Origin: Rickettsiales bacterium
GTDB taxonomy: Bacteria > Pseudomonadota > Alphaproteobacteria > Rs-D84
DNA: 64,000 bases
Reading direction: 5' to 3'
Assembly: GCA_031254335.1 (NCBI GenBank)
Contig: JAIRUP010000011.1
Location: forward strand, 9,199 to 73,198
Part shown: one piece after another, positions 1 to 7,411 of the stretch
How positions within the stretch are numbered: position 1 is the first letter of the stretch
How the letters are laid out: each line of letters starts with the position of its first letter
Position numbers and translations under genes: made by a program
The notes under the pieces: generated by a model
The model's database searches: none
Told to the model about the DNA's origin: nothing
What the model saw: the letters and a program-made list of their open reading frames with translations, nothing else

Positions 1-21
1 GGAATAAAGTCAAAGGAAAAT

Positions 22-518
22 CTAAAAGTGGACGAGCGGGTCGGGATTGTCGATGGACCGAATCATGATGTTCATATCTTCCGTATCGCCGTATATGCGC
101 TGCTGGCACATATATTCGCAAGGCCAGTTGTAGGCTTTTTCAGTATCCAATCCAAGCTGGGCAAAGCTTTGTTCCTTGCAACTTGCCACGCAATATGGCG
201 TTCCCTGTCCCGCGCCAAGGCAGTATCTGTTCGCGCAAAAGTCGTCCAGGTCCTGTTGCGACGCAAGGCGGTGTTTCACCAAATATCCGCCATAGACATT
301 GGGTTGTCCGAACCGATTGTCGGAAGTTCTTCTAAGCATGCAAAAGCAGTTTAATCCGTCCCCGGCCGGGACAAGCTTTGTCAGCAGCTGGTATGTTTTG
401 CCGTCGGACCAGCCCATCATTAATCCGAAAGACGGAGTGGAAACAAGCGCGGATATTAAGAAAACGCGCAGAAATCTAGAGAGAGAGAGAGAGAGAGTTG
501 TAGGTTTGTGTATTTCAT
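22..518 (-). CDS. Cys-rich secreted protein, family member A (body frame 22..477; upstream ATG 518 out of frame across (CT)10)
   Basis: Track ORF 22..420 stays open upstream without ATG/GTG/TTG, through a signal-peptide-like RFLRVFLISALVSTPSFG, up to the repeat. ATG 518 is 41 nt (21+20) from that frame. Shares NCFC, FC..YC and CY..C cysteines and the C-terminal P.PLV(R/H)F with the ORFs at 15539 and 20164. Confidence 0.6.
478..497. repeat. (AG)10 = (CT)10 dinucleotide tract in the coding sense of gene A
   Basis: Read directly: tct(ag)10ttg. The + strand ORF 299..520 translates it as ERERER. Confidence 0.95.
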
Positions 519-524
519 AGTGTG

Positions 525-533
525 ATTATATCA
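525..533 (-). promoter_or_regulatory. Extended -10 element TGATATAAT, 6 nt upstream of ATG 518 (leaderless geometry)
   Basis: Minus strand reads tatgatataat-cacact-ATG. The same TATAAT-N6-start geometry occurs at 16057, 21890 and 35513. Confidence 0.45.
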
Positions 534-540
534 TAAAAAG

Positions 541-568
541 TAAGAAGTAAGAAGTAAGAAGTAAGAAG
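541..568. repeat. Tandem heptamer TAAGAAG x4
   Basis: Four perfect tandem copies read directly. In minus sense they lie immediately upstream of the gene A -10 element, covering the -35 region. Confidence 0.9.
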
Positions 569-571
569 GGG

Positions 572-591
572 TGTGTCTATTATAATAGACA
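572..591 (+). terminator. Perfect 20-nt palindrome GTGTCTATTATAATAGACAC followed by TTTTATTT
   Basis: Perfect inverted repeat plus T-rich run on the + strand. Same design as the hairpin at 50665..50680. No obvious + strand gene upstream, so its function is uncertain. Confidence 0.35.
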
Positions 592-597
592 CTTTTA

Positions 598-745
598 TTT
601 ATTACCTGCTATCGCAGGCCTTATGACCTGGATTCCAGCCTTCCCCCACCCACGACCTGCGCTGCACTTCGTTTGCTCGGTCGCGGCCCCCGGGGTCGCT
701 GGAATGACGGCGGGGAGGGGGGGCAGGCCCGACCATGACAAACGA
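598..745. repeat. Copy of the TTACCTG...CCCGACCATGACAA intergenic hairpin module, split by a ~110-nt GC-rich self-complementary insert
   Basis: The flanks ttattacctg (598..) and cccgaccatgacaa (729..742) match the modules at 16066..16110 and 63855..63905. The interior contains paired segments TTCCAGC/GCTGGAA and CGACC/GGTCG, and C-rich/G-rich runs. Confidence 0.4.
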
Positions 746-746
746 G

Positions 747-1679
747 TCAGCGGACTTCGTTATAGAGTTCCAGGATTTTTTTCGCGCTGTGGCGAAGCTG
801 CTTCGCCTCGAACGAATTCATTTTGGGATATATCGTTTCAATCACTCCGTCGCGTCCGATTATCCTTGGCAATGAAAACGCGACAGGTTCCTCCAAGAAT
901 CCAGCCGTCAGAATCGATGTCGGCAACAGCTTTTTCGCGTCCGTTATAATCGCGCCGACCAGCTCCGCCGCCGCCGCGCCGATGCCGTCCCAGGTCGCGT
1001 TCCGGCCCCTTATAATCGAATAAGCCGCGTTCACCGTCTTATGCGTTATGGTATCCATAACCGCAGGCGTCAGCGGGATTTTCGCCTGAATGCAGAAATC
1101 TTCCAGCGGCACGCTTCCGACCGTCGCGCCCGACCAGTTCAGGACTTCCGAATCCCCATGCTCGCCCACCACGAACGAATGGATGGACTTGTGCGACACG
1201 CCCGTCAATTTCGACAGCAACGACCGAAACCTCGCGGAATCAAGCAGCGTTCCCGTTCCGATTACCCTTGTCGCCGGAAGGCCCGAGATTTGCGTTATGA
1301 TTTGCGTCATGACATCCAGCGGATTCGTAACGGGGACCAATATAACCTTGTTCGGGTCGACGACCGCCATCAATTTCGGGACTATGTCCAGCATGTTCCG
1401 CGCGTTCCGCTCGACCAGTTCGGTGCGCGACTCGCCCGGTTTTTGCTTTGCGCCCGCGGTTATTATCACTATATCCGCGCCCTTAAAATTTCCGTATTGC
1501 CCGGCCTGTATCGTTATATCCCCGCCGAAGACGCTTGCGTGCGTAAGGTCTTCCGCGACCGCTTGGCTTTTCTCGGGCTCTAAATCGAACAGCACGATTT
1601 GGGACACAAGGCCCGTATTCATAAGGTCGCGCGCGATTGCGCCGCCCACGCTGCCCGCGCCCACAATTCCTATTTTCAT
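747..1679 (-). CDS. ldh: L-lactate dehydrogenase
   Basis: 310 aa. GAGSVGG Rossmann N-terminus, ITAGAKQKPGESR (Gln at the LDH/MDH discriminating position), and a GEHGDS motif. Confidence 0.88.
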   Translation of the reverse strand: MKIGIVGAGSVGGAIARDLMNTGLVSQIVLFDLEPEKSQAVAEDLTHASVFGGDITIQAGQYGNFKGADIVIITAGAKQKPGESRTELVERNARNMLDIVPKLMAVVDPNKVILVPVTNPLDVMTQIITQISGLPATRVIGTGTLLDSARFRSLLSKLTGVSHKSIHSFVVGEHGDSEVLNWSGATVGSVPLEDFCIQAKIPLTPAVMDTITHKTVNAAYSIIRGRNATWDGIGAAAAELVGAIITDAKKLLPTSILTAGFLEEPVAFSLPRIIGRDGVIETIYPKMNSFEAKQLRHSAKKILELYNEVR

Positions 1680-1718
1680 CTTTTGACTTCCCTCATCCTA
1701 TGTGTCATTATATCATAA

Positions 1719-2702
1719 ATGCTTCCTTTAAGGAAAACGATTTTGACGATTCTTTTGGCCGCTTCGCCCATCATGGCGAACGCGGACGACGGCGATTTCG
1801 ATTACAACAGATGGAACACCATCCTGAACCAAGTGCAAGAATCCGCCATAAAAGCCAAAATCTCGAACGACACCATAAACGCCGTAATCCAGAACGCCAG
1901 CTTTATCCCCCGCGTCGTCCACCTTGACCGAAACCAGCCCGAATACAAACTTACCACCACCGAATACCTTGACCGCATGATTAACAATCAGCGCGTGGCC
2001 GAGGGCAAAAATATGATGCGCGAGTATCCGACCCTTCTCTCGCGCGCCGAAAAGGAATACGGCATTCCGAAGCAGCTTATCGTCGCCTTTTGGGGACTTG
2101 AAAGCAATTACGGCAAGTTCAAGGCCAGCTTCGTTTTGTCCGACGCCTTCCTAAGCCTGATTTACGACGGCCGGCGCGAGGGATTCTTCAAGAGCCAGCT
2201 GCTTAGCCTTATGAAGACCGCCGACAAGTCCCGTTTGGACATTACACAAATCGAAGGCTCCTGGGCCGGCGCGATGGGACATTTCCAGTTCATTCCAACC
2301 ACTTTGGAACAATACGGCGTCGACGGAAACCGCGACGGAAGAATCGACATAATCCACAGCGTGTCCGACGCCATGATGTCCGCCGCGAACTACCTTTCCA
2401 AGCTGAAATTCGACAAGTCCAGCCGCATAGTCCGCGAAGTGTTTCTGCCCGAAGGATTCAACGCTTCGCGCTATGACACCAAGACGAAAAAGACGCTTTC
2501 CGAATGGGCCGCGCTTGGCATTCGCTTGGTCGACGGGACGCCGCTTCCGCATTCCGACATGCAGGCGGGCCTGTTCGCGCCGGAAGACATGGACGGCCGC
2601 GCTTGGCTTACATACGACAATTTCGACAGAATCAAACGGTGGAACAATTCCAACAACTATGCGCTGGCCGTCGCAATTCTTATGGATAAACTGAAACAAT
2701 AG
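1719..2702 (+). CDS. Lytic murein transglycosylase (MltB/SLT_2-type)
   Basis: 327 aa with signal peptide. WGLESNYG, GAMGHFQFIP and NYALAV motifs are typical of this family. Confidence 0.85.
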   Translation: MLPLRKTILTILLAASPIMANADDGDFDYNRWNTILNQVQESAIKAKISNDTINAVIQNASFIPRVVHLDRNQPEYKLTTTEYLDRMINNQRVAEGKNMMREYPTLLSRAEKEYGIPKQLIVAFWGLESNYGKFKASFVLSDAFLSLIYDGRREGFFKSQLLSLMKTADKSRLDITQIEGSWAGAMGHFQFIPTTLEQYGVDGNRDGRIDIIHSVSDAMMSAANYLSKLKFDKSSRIVREVFLPEGFNASRYDTKTKKTLSEWAALGIRLVDGTPLPHSDMQAGLFAPEDMDGRAWLTYDNFDRIKRWNNSNNYALAVAILMDKLKQ

Positions 2703-2713
2703 AGGAGAGAAGA

Positions 2714-3445
2714 ATGAAAAACATGAAAATAATCGGCGGCGCGGTCGCCGTTTTAATCATCGCGGGGGCAGTGTATGCGCTTTGCGGGTCCGACAGCAAT
2801 GTCATATCCGTAAGCGGCGAATGCAACATGAAGGTTCAGCGCGACAAGCTGCGCGTGCGGTTGCAAATCCGCTCGTTGGACAAGAACGCCGCCGTGTCGC
2901 TTCGCAATGTTCAGCTTGCCGCGGACGAAGTCGCAGGCCGCATCAAGAAAATCGACGACCCCACGATGGAGATTCAGACCAAGCGCGTTTCCAGCAACGA
3001 AGAAACAACCTGGAACAACAATACCCGCGTAGTTTTGGGCATTCGGTCCGAAGTCCTTCTTGAAATAACCACCGACCGCAAGGAAACTTTGACCGCCGTC
3101 CTTAACACCGGCGAAGGCGCAAGGAACACCGAGATTCTGCCGCAGGGAATGTCGAACTTTTCGTCCCCCGCGGTCATAGCCGCCGCGACGGAAGAATGCC
3201 TTAAAGCCGCGACAGAAAACGCGCGCGCCAAGGCCGAAGCGATTGCGCGCGCCGACGGGCGCAGGCTTGGACGCCTTGTCGTCGCGCGGCTTGGCGGGAT
3301 GGATTCGGATGACGACGCCCCGGTGCTTTACAGGGCCAAGGCGTTAAGCGCGCCGTCCAGTTTCGCCGAGTCGGCGGGCGATTACATCCAATCCAGCGAC
3401 GGAGATTTGTCCCTTTCCGTCGGCGCGGTTTTTCGCATAAGATAA
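2714..3445 (+). CDS. Periplasmic protein, SIMPL/DUF541-like
   Basis: 243 aa, N-terminal membrane anchor or signal. Overall resemblance to SIMPL-domain proteins is recalled from memory only. Confidence 0.5.
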   Translation: MKNMKIIGGAVAVLIIAGAVYALCGSDSNVISVSGECNMKVQRDKLRVRLQIRSLDKNAAVSLRNVQLAADEVAGRIKKIDDPTMEIQTKRVSSNEETTWNNNTRVVLGIRSEVLLEITTDRKETLTAVLNTGEGARNTEILPQGMSNFSSPAVIAAATEECLKAATENARAKAEAIARADGRRLGRLVVARLGGMDSDDDAPVLYRAKALSAPSSFAESAGDYIQSSDGDLSLSVGAVFRIR

Positions 3446-3601
3446 ATAAGCTGAAATATGCGAAAAACTCGTAAAAACCGCCCTGTTATGCATAATCTGC
3501 TATAATTAGGAGTGATTAGTCGGGTTTAATTATAATTTTCCTTGATTTTTTATTATTAAATGTCATAATTTACCTGTAATTATAGGAAAACGGGGTTTAT
3601 T

Positions 3602-4720
3602 ATGGACAGCGGGAAATTCATAGATACTGGGAAAGGCTATATGGCGTTTTCGCCGACCAAACTGGAAATCGTGGGGCAGGGGTTGCGGTTGGATAGTCTT
3701 CAATCCGTGATAGAGCGCGCAAATATCGCAATAGGCGAGCTGCGGGCTTTGGAAAAAATGCTTCCGAATCCTGAATTGCTGACCGAACGATACGCAATGA
3801 AGGAATCCGTGCTGTCATCCCAGATAGAGGGAACGCAATCCACCCTGGCGGAGTTTATAGAGAACGAAGACGAATCCGATGTAAGCATAGATGTCATGGA
3901 AGTACGGAATTATTTCAATGCGCTGGAATTCGGCGTGAAGAATATAAAAAATCCAAACGGTTTGCCGCTTTCATCAAGGCTGCTTCGAGAATGCCACAGC
4001 ATTCTTATGAAAGGCGTGCGCGGCGGGGAGAGCAATAAAACTCCGGGAGAGTTTCGCGCATCCCAAAACTGGATTGGCGGAAGCAGGCCGTCGGACGCGA
4101 AATTCGTCCCGCCGGTATTCGGCGAGGTATCGGATTTGATGGGAGATTTGGAAAACTATATCCATAATAATTCCCAGCCGAATCTTGTAAAGGCGGCCCT
4201 GATGCATTATCAATTCGAGACAATACATCCGTTCCAAGACGGAAACGGCCGCATAGGACGGCTGCTTATACCATTGTTTCTGATAGACAGAGGCATTCTG
4301 AATTCCCCGACATTATATATCAGCCTTTACCTGAAACAAATGCAGGGGGAGTATTACGACCGACTTATGTCCGTCAGGACCGGCGGCGACTATGACAGAT
4401 GGGTGGAATTCTTTCTGGTAGGGGTCGTCAAGGTCTCAGAGCAGATAATGACGACTACCAAAAACATAATCGCACTTGAAATCAAAGACAGGAATTTGGC
4501 GAAAACAGGGAATGAAATCAAATTATTGGAATTCCTTCTGACGAGGCCAATCATAACGATAAAAGAAGCGCAGGAAAAACTAGGCGTTACAAACGCGACC
4601 GCAGGCTCGTTGGTAAAAAAGCTGGAAGGCAAGGGGATACTGGTTCAGACAAATAAAAAGAAAAGGTATCGCAAATACGCATATAAGGAATACATAAACA
4701 TCATCGACGCCGGGCTGTAA
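3602..4720 (+). CDS. Fic family protein (AMPylase-type), class II with intramolecular inhibitory motif
   Basis: Fic motif HPFQDGNGRIGR; N-terminal SSQIEG fits (S/T)xxxE(G/N); C-terminal wHTH-like tail. The gene and its upstream region are visibly more AT-rich than the flanks. Confidence 0.9.
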   Translation: MDSGKFIDTGKGYMAFSPTKLEIVGQGLRLDSLQSVIERANIAIGELRALEKMLPNPELLTERYAMKESVLSSQIEGTQSTLAEFIENEDESDVSIDVMEVRNYFNALEFGVKNIKNPNGLPLSSRLLRECHSILMKGVRGGESNKTPGEFRASQNWIGGSRPSDAKFVPPVFGEVSDLMGDLENYIHNNSQPNLVKAALMHYQFETIHPFQDGNGRIGRLLIPLFLIDRGILNSPTLYISLYLKQMQGEYYDRLMSVRTGGDYDRWVEFFLVGVVKVSEQIMTTTKNIIALEIKDRNLAKTGNEIKLLEFLLTRPIITIKEAQEKLGVTNATAGSLVKKLEGKGILVQTNKKKRYRKYAYKEYINIIDAGL

Positions 4721-4792
4721 TTATAATTTGACTTTGGCGGCATTTCCCGCATAATTAGCCTATGATTTAACAAAATCAAAGAGGATTACATT

Positions 4793-5692
4793 ATGGCCAT
4801 GACGACCATGGGCGAGTTCGAGACCAGACTTGCCAAAGGAAAAGCCGAACGAAAGGCCTTTCTTAAACTGCGATACAAGGTCTTCGTCGAGGAAGAGGGC
4901 AAGAAACCGTCCGAGGAAGAAAAAAAGGCCCGGGAAGAAACCGACAGCTTCGACAAATACGCCGAATACATGCTGGTTTTCCACAAGAAGAAAGTAATCG
5001 GCGGATATAGAATCATAACCAAAAAGGCCGCCGACGAAAACGACGGATTCTACACCGAAACAGAATTCGACATTGCAAAGGTCAAAAAAATCCGCGGAAA
5101 CATCGCCGAGATGTCCCGCGCCTGCATCGCGAAAAAATACCGCGAAAACCAGCTGGCAATCAGCATGCTGTGGCTGGGCCTTGGCAACTATATATTAAGG
5201 AACAAAATCGTGGCAATGTTCGGCGTCGCATCGTTCGTGGGCCTTAAACCCGTCGCCAGCGCGCAGGCTTTGTCGTATCTTTACTACAACAGCCTTGCGC
5301 CGAAATCCGTCCGGGCCAAGGCTTTGCCGGGGAAATTCGACCGCATGGACATCCTTCCAAAGGAATATGTCGACGAGGAAAAGGCGTTCGCGGAAATGCC
5401 GCCTTTGGTCAAAGGCTATCTTCGCCTTGGCGCGGAATTCGGGCAGGGCGTGTTCATGGACGAGCCTTTCAACTGCTATGACATTTTCGTGACCCTGCAA
5501 ACCCGCAAAATCAGCAAGGTTTATCAAAAAAGATTCCTTGGCAACGAAGCCGCGCTGGACCATCTGATTATCGAAGACGGACTGATTAAGACCGGCGCGA
5601 AGACCACCGCGAAAATTCTGAAAATGCCGTTCGCCGGGATTGCGCTGGCGGCGAACTTCATCCTGAACAACAAGGCGGAAGATGAGAAATAA
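4793..5692 (+). CDS. olsB: Ornithine-lipid N-acyltransferase OlsB-like (hemolysin-like GNAT)
   Basis: 299 aa. The N-terminal FETRLAKG..LRYKVFVEE and the acyltransferase core resemble OlsB. Translationally overlapped by a PlsC-type gene. Confidence 0.7.
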   Translation: MAMTTMGEFETRLAKGKAERKAFLKLRYKVFVEEEGKKPSEEEKKAREETDSFDKYAEYMLVFHKKKVIGGYRIITKKAADENDGFYTETEFDIAKVKKIRGNIAEMSRACIAKKYRENQLAISMLWLGLGNYILRNKIVAMFGVASFVGLKPVASAQALSYLYYNSLAPKSVRAKALPGKFDRMDILPKEYVDEEKAFAEMPPLVKGYLRLGAEFGQGVFMDEPFNCYDIFVTLQTRKISKVYQKRFLGNEAALDHLIIEDGLIKTGAKTTAKILKMPFAGIALAANFILNNKAEDEK

Positions 5693-6524
5693 TATGATGG
5701 GGATAAAGAAATTTTTCGGTGGAATGCGGTTCTTCGTCTGGTTCGCTTGGAGCATACTGAACGCCCCGCTGTTCATAATATCGTCCATGCTGCCGCCCAA
5801 TTCGCGCGTCGGAATCCTGCGATTCTATATGAAGAACTCATACCGCGTGTTCGGGTTCCGCGCGCGCCGCATCGGCGATGTCGCAAAGGACAGGCCCCTT
5901 ATGATTGTCTGCAACCATATCGGATGGCTGGAACTTTTCGCTTTGCCAAGCGTCGCGAAGGTATCCTTCTTCGGCAAGGCCGAAATTAAAAGCTGGCCGG
6001 TTTTGGGCTGGATTGTCGGCGCGCTCGGCGTCGTCTATGTGGACCGCAGGCCCCAGCATGTGAAGGAATCCCTGGCCGCCGTCAATTGCGCCATGAAATG
6101 CGCGGCGCACCCAATCGCGCTTTTCCCCGAAGGCACCACCAGCAACGGCGCGTATATCAAAAAATTCAAGTCGTCCCTGTTCAATTTTTTGGAACCGCAG
6201 CTTGCGGGCCAGGGCGGAAATGTCGCAATCCAGCCCGTAGTTCAGATTTACAGATACCCGGACGGACGCCTGATTCCCGACAAGGATTTGGCCGACAATT
6301 ACGCCTATTTCAACAACGACTCGGTCGAATACGGCCCCCAGGCAGAGGTTCAGCGAAACGGCGTCGCAATCGCAATCAATATCATGGCGCGCGGCGGGAT
6401 TTTGGTGGAGTATCACTTCCTTCCCGTCGTCGATTTGTCGGGCGTTCACGACCGCAAGGCCTTGGCGGAAAAGTTGCAAAAGATTATAGCGGATAAGTAT
6501 AAGGAATTAAGGGCAGGGGCATAG
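5682..6524 (+). CDS. olsA: Lyso-ornithine lipid O-acyltransferase OlsA-like (PlsC family)
   Basis: 280 aa. NHIGWLE and FPEGTTSNG acyltransferase motifs. Overlaps the olsB end by 11 nt (alternative ATGs at about 5694/5697). Confidence 0.7.
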   Translation: MRNNMMGIKKFFGGMRFFVWFAWSILNAPLFIISSMLPPNSRVGILRFYMKNSYRVFGFRARRIGDVAKDRPLMIVCNHIGWLELFALPSVAKVSFFGKAEIKSWPVLGWIVGALGVVYVDRRPQHVKESLAAVNCAMKCAAHPIALFPEGTTSNGAYIKKFKSSLFNFLEPQLAGQGGNVAIQPVVQIYRYPDGRLIPDKDLADNYAYFNNDSVEYGPQAEVQRNGVAIAINIMARGGILVEYHFLPVVDLSGVHDRKALAEKLQKIIADKYKELRAGA

Positions 6525-6525
6525 T

Positions 6526-6578
6526 CCCCCCCACCGAAACCGCTTTGCGGTTTCGACTCCCCCACAAGGGGGGAGTTA
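6526..6578. repeat. Double-hairpin palindromic element, intergenic copy
   Basis: cccccccaccGAAACCGctttgCGGTTTCgaCTCCCCCacaaGGGGGGAGtta, starting 2 nt after the olsA stop. Near-identical copy at 21099..21155. Confidence 0.85.
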
Positions 6579-6587
6579 ACAAGTCAA

Positions 6588-6839
6588 TTATTCATAGAGT
6601 TTGCAATAGACGGTTTCGTCTTCCTTCACCATGCTGGCGAAGGAATTGCCGCCGTCGGACATGACCTTGTCGTCGATTGCCCTGCAATCTTCCTTGGCCG
6701 TCGCCTCGTTGTTCATGCGGCATTTGCCGTCTTCGACCGTGCCGAACTGCTCGCAGGCTTCATTGAAATTCGGGTTGGCATACGCGACGCCGAACGACAT
6801 GGCGGCAACGACGGGAACGATTAAAAGTTTTTTGTTCAT
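6588..6839 (-). CDS. Small secreted Cys-containing protein (hypothetical)
   Basis: 83 aa, signal peptide MNKKLLIVPVVAAMSFGVAYA, 4 Cys, AAGGAG Shine-Dalgarno. N-terminal similarity to ORF 61358..61690. Confidence 0.6.
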   Translation of the reverse strand: MNKKLLIVPVVAAMSFGVAYANPNFNEACEQFGTVEDGKCRMNNEATAKEDCRAIDDKVMSDGGNSFASMVKEDETVYCKLYE

Positions 6840-6901
6840 GACGGACTCCTTTTTTAATGGGTTGCCCCATCATATCATAAAACAGAAATTCGTTCAAGGG
6901 A

Positions 6902-7393
6902 CTAAGAACATTCCTCGTCGGACCAGCACTGGAACTGCGTCGCCAGGGACACGCTGAAATTGCCGTTCTTTTCCCGCCTTAGATACACCGAAAAATTCCG
7001 ATTGTCTTTCAGCGACATATCCACCCGCATATTCTTCCCTGTTTCGGGATTGAACACGCACGCCTTGTCGTCCGCGATTTCGCACAAATTCTTCCGCCTG
7101 TTCATATACAAATCGACAATCGTGTATTTATAGTCCTTGCCCGCCAGATACGACAGCGCGTTCTTCATGTCTTCCGAATATTTCAGGCCGACCTTTTTGC
7201 AAAGGTCCGGCTGGTTCCTTATCACGCACGCCACCACCGTATCGAACACGCACATCGGGTCGTCCGCGCGGCCCACGCACTCGCCGTCCTTCGGCGACAC
7301 CGACACGGTTCTTTCCGCGAAGTAGTTCTCGGCGGAGAACGCCGAAAAAGGAAGAAGGAAGAAGGCAGAAGCAAGAAGTAGTGATTTCATCAT
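6902..7393 (-). CDS. Secreted hypothetical protein
   Basis: 163 aa, signal peptide MMKSLLLASAFFLLPFSAFSA, several Cys. Lies 19 nt downstream of the M23 gene on the same strand. Confidence 0.6.
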   Translation of the reverse strand: MMKSLLLASAFFLLPFSAFSAENYFAERTVSVSPKDGECVGRADDPMCVFDTVVACVIRNQPDLCKKVGLKYSEDMKNALSYLAGKDYKYTIVDLYMNRRKNLCEIADDKACVFNPETGKNMRVDMSLKDNRNFSVYLRREKNGNFSVSLATQFQCWSDEECS

Positions 7394-7411
7394 TTTGTTT
7401 TCCTTGGTTTA

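Noticed and set aside
541-568. Possible CRISPR array or other spaced repeats
   Set aside because: The units are only 7 nt, contiguous and without spacers. No CRISPR-like repeat-spacer periodicity and no cas genes occur anywhere in the window.
640-742. Possible 4.5S/SRP RNA, because of the C-rich ...CCCCCACCC and G-rich ends
   Set aside because: The conserved domain IV features (GGAA tetraloop flanked by the AGCA/GGAAGCAGC motif) are absent on both strands.
623-949. 108-aa + strand ORF
   Set aside because: It begins inside the GC-rich hairpin insert and continues antisense to ldh. It has no start context and a Pro/Arg/Gly-rich product.
7347-7375. 24-nt purine-rich near-repeat (aaggaagaaggaagaaggcagaag) shared with 21907..21930
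   Set aside because: It is low-complexity GAAG-type sequence. One copy encodes a signal peptide on the opposite strand and the other is promoter-proximal. The similarity is plausibly coincidental, so I mention it only as context for the CTTCTT-rich promoters.
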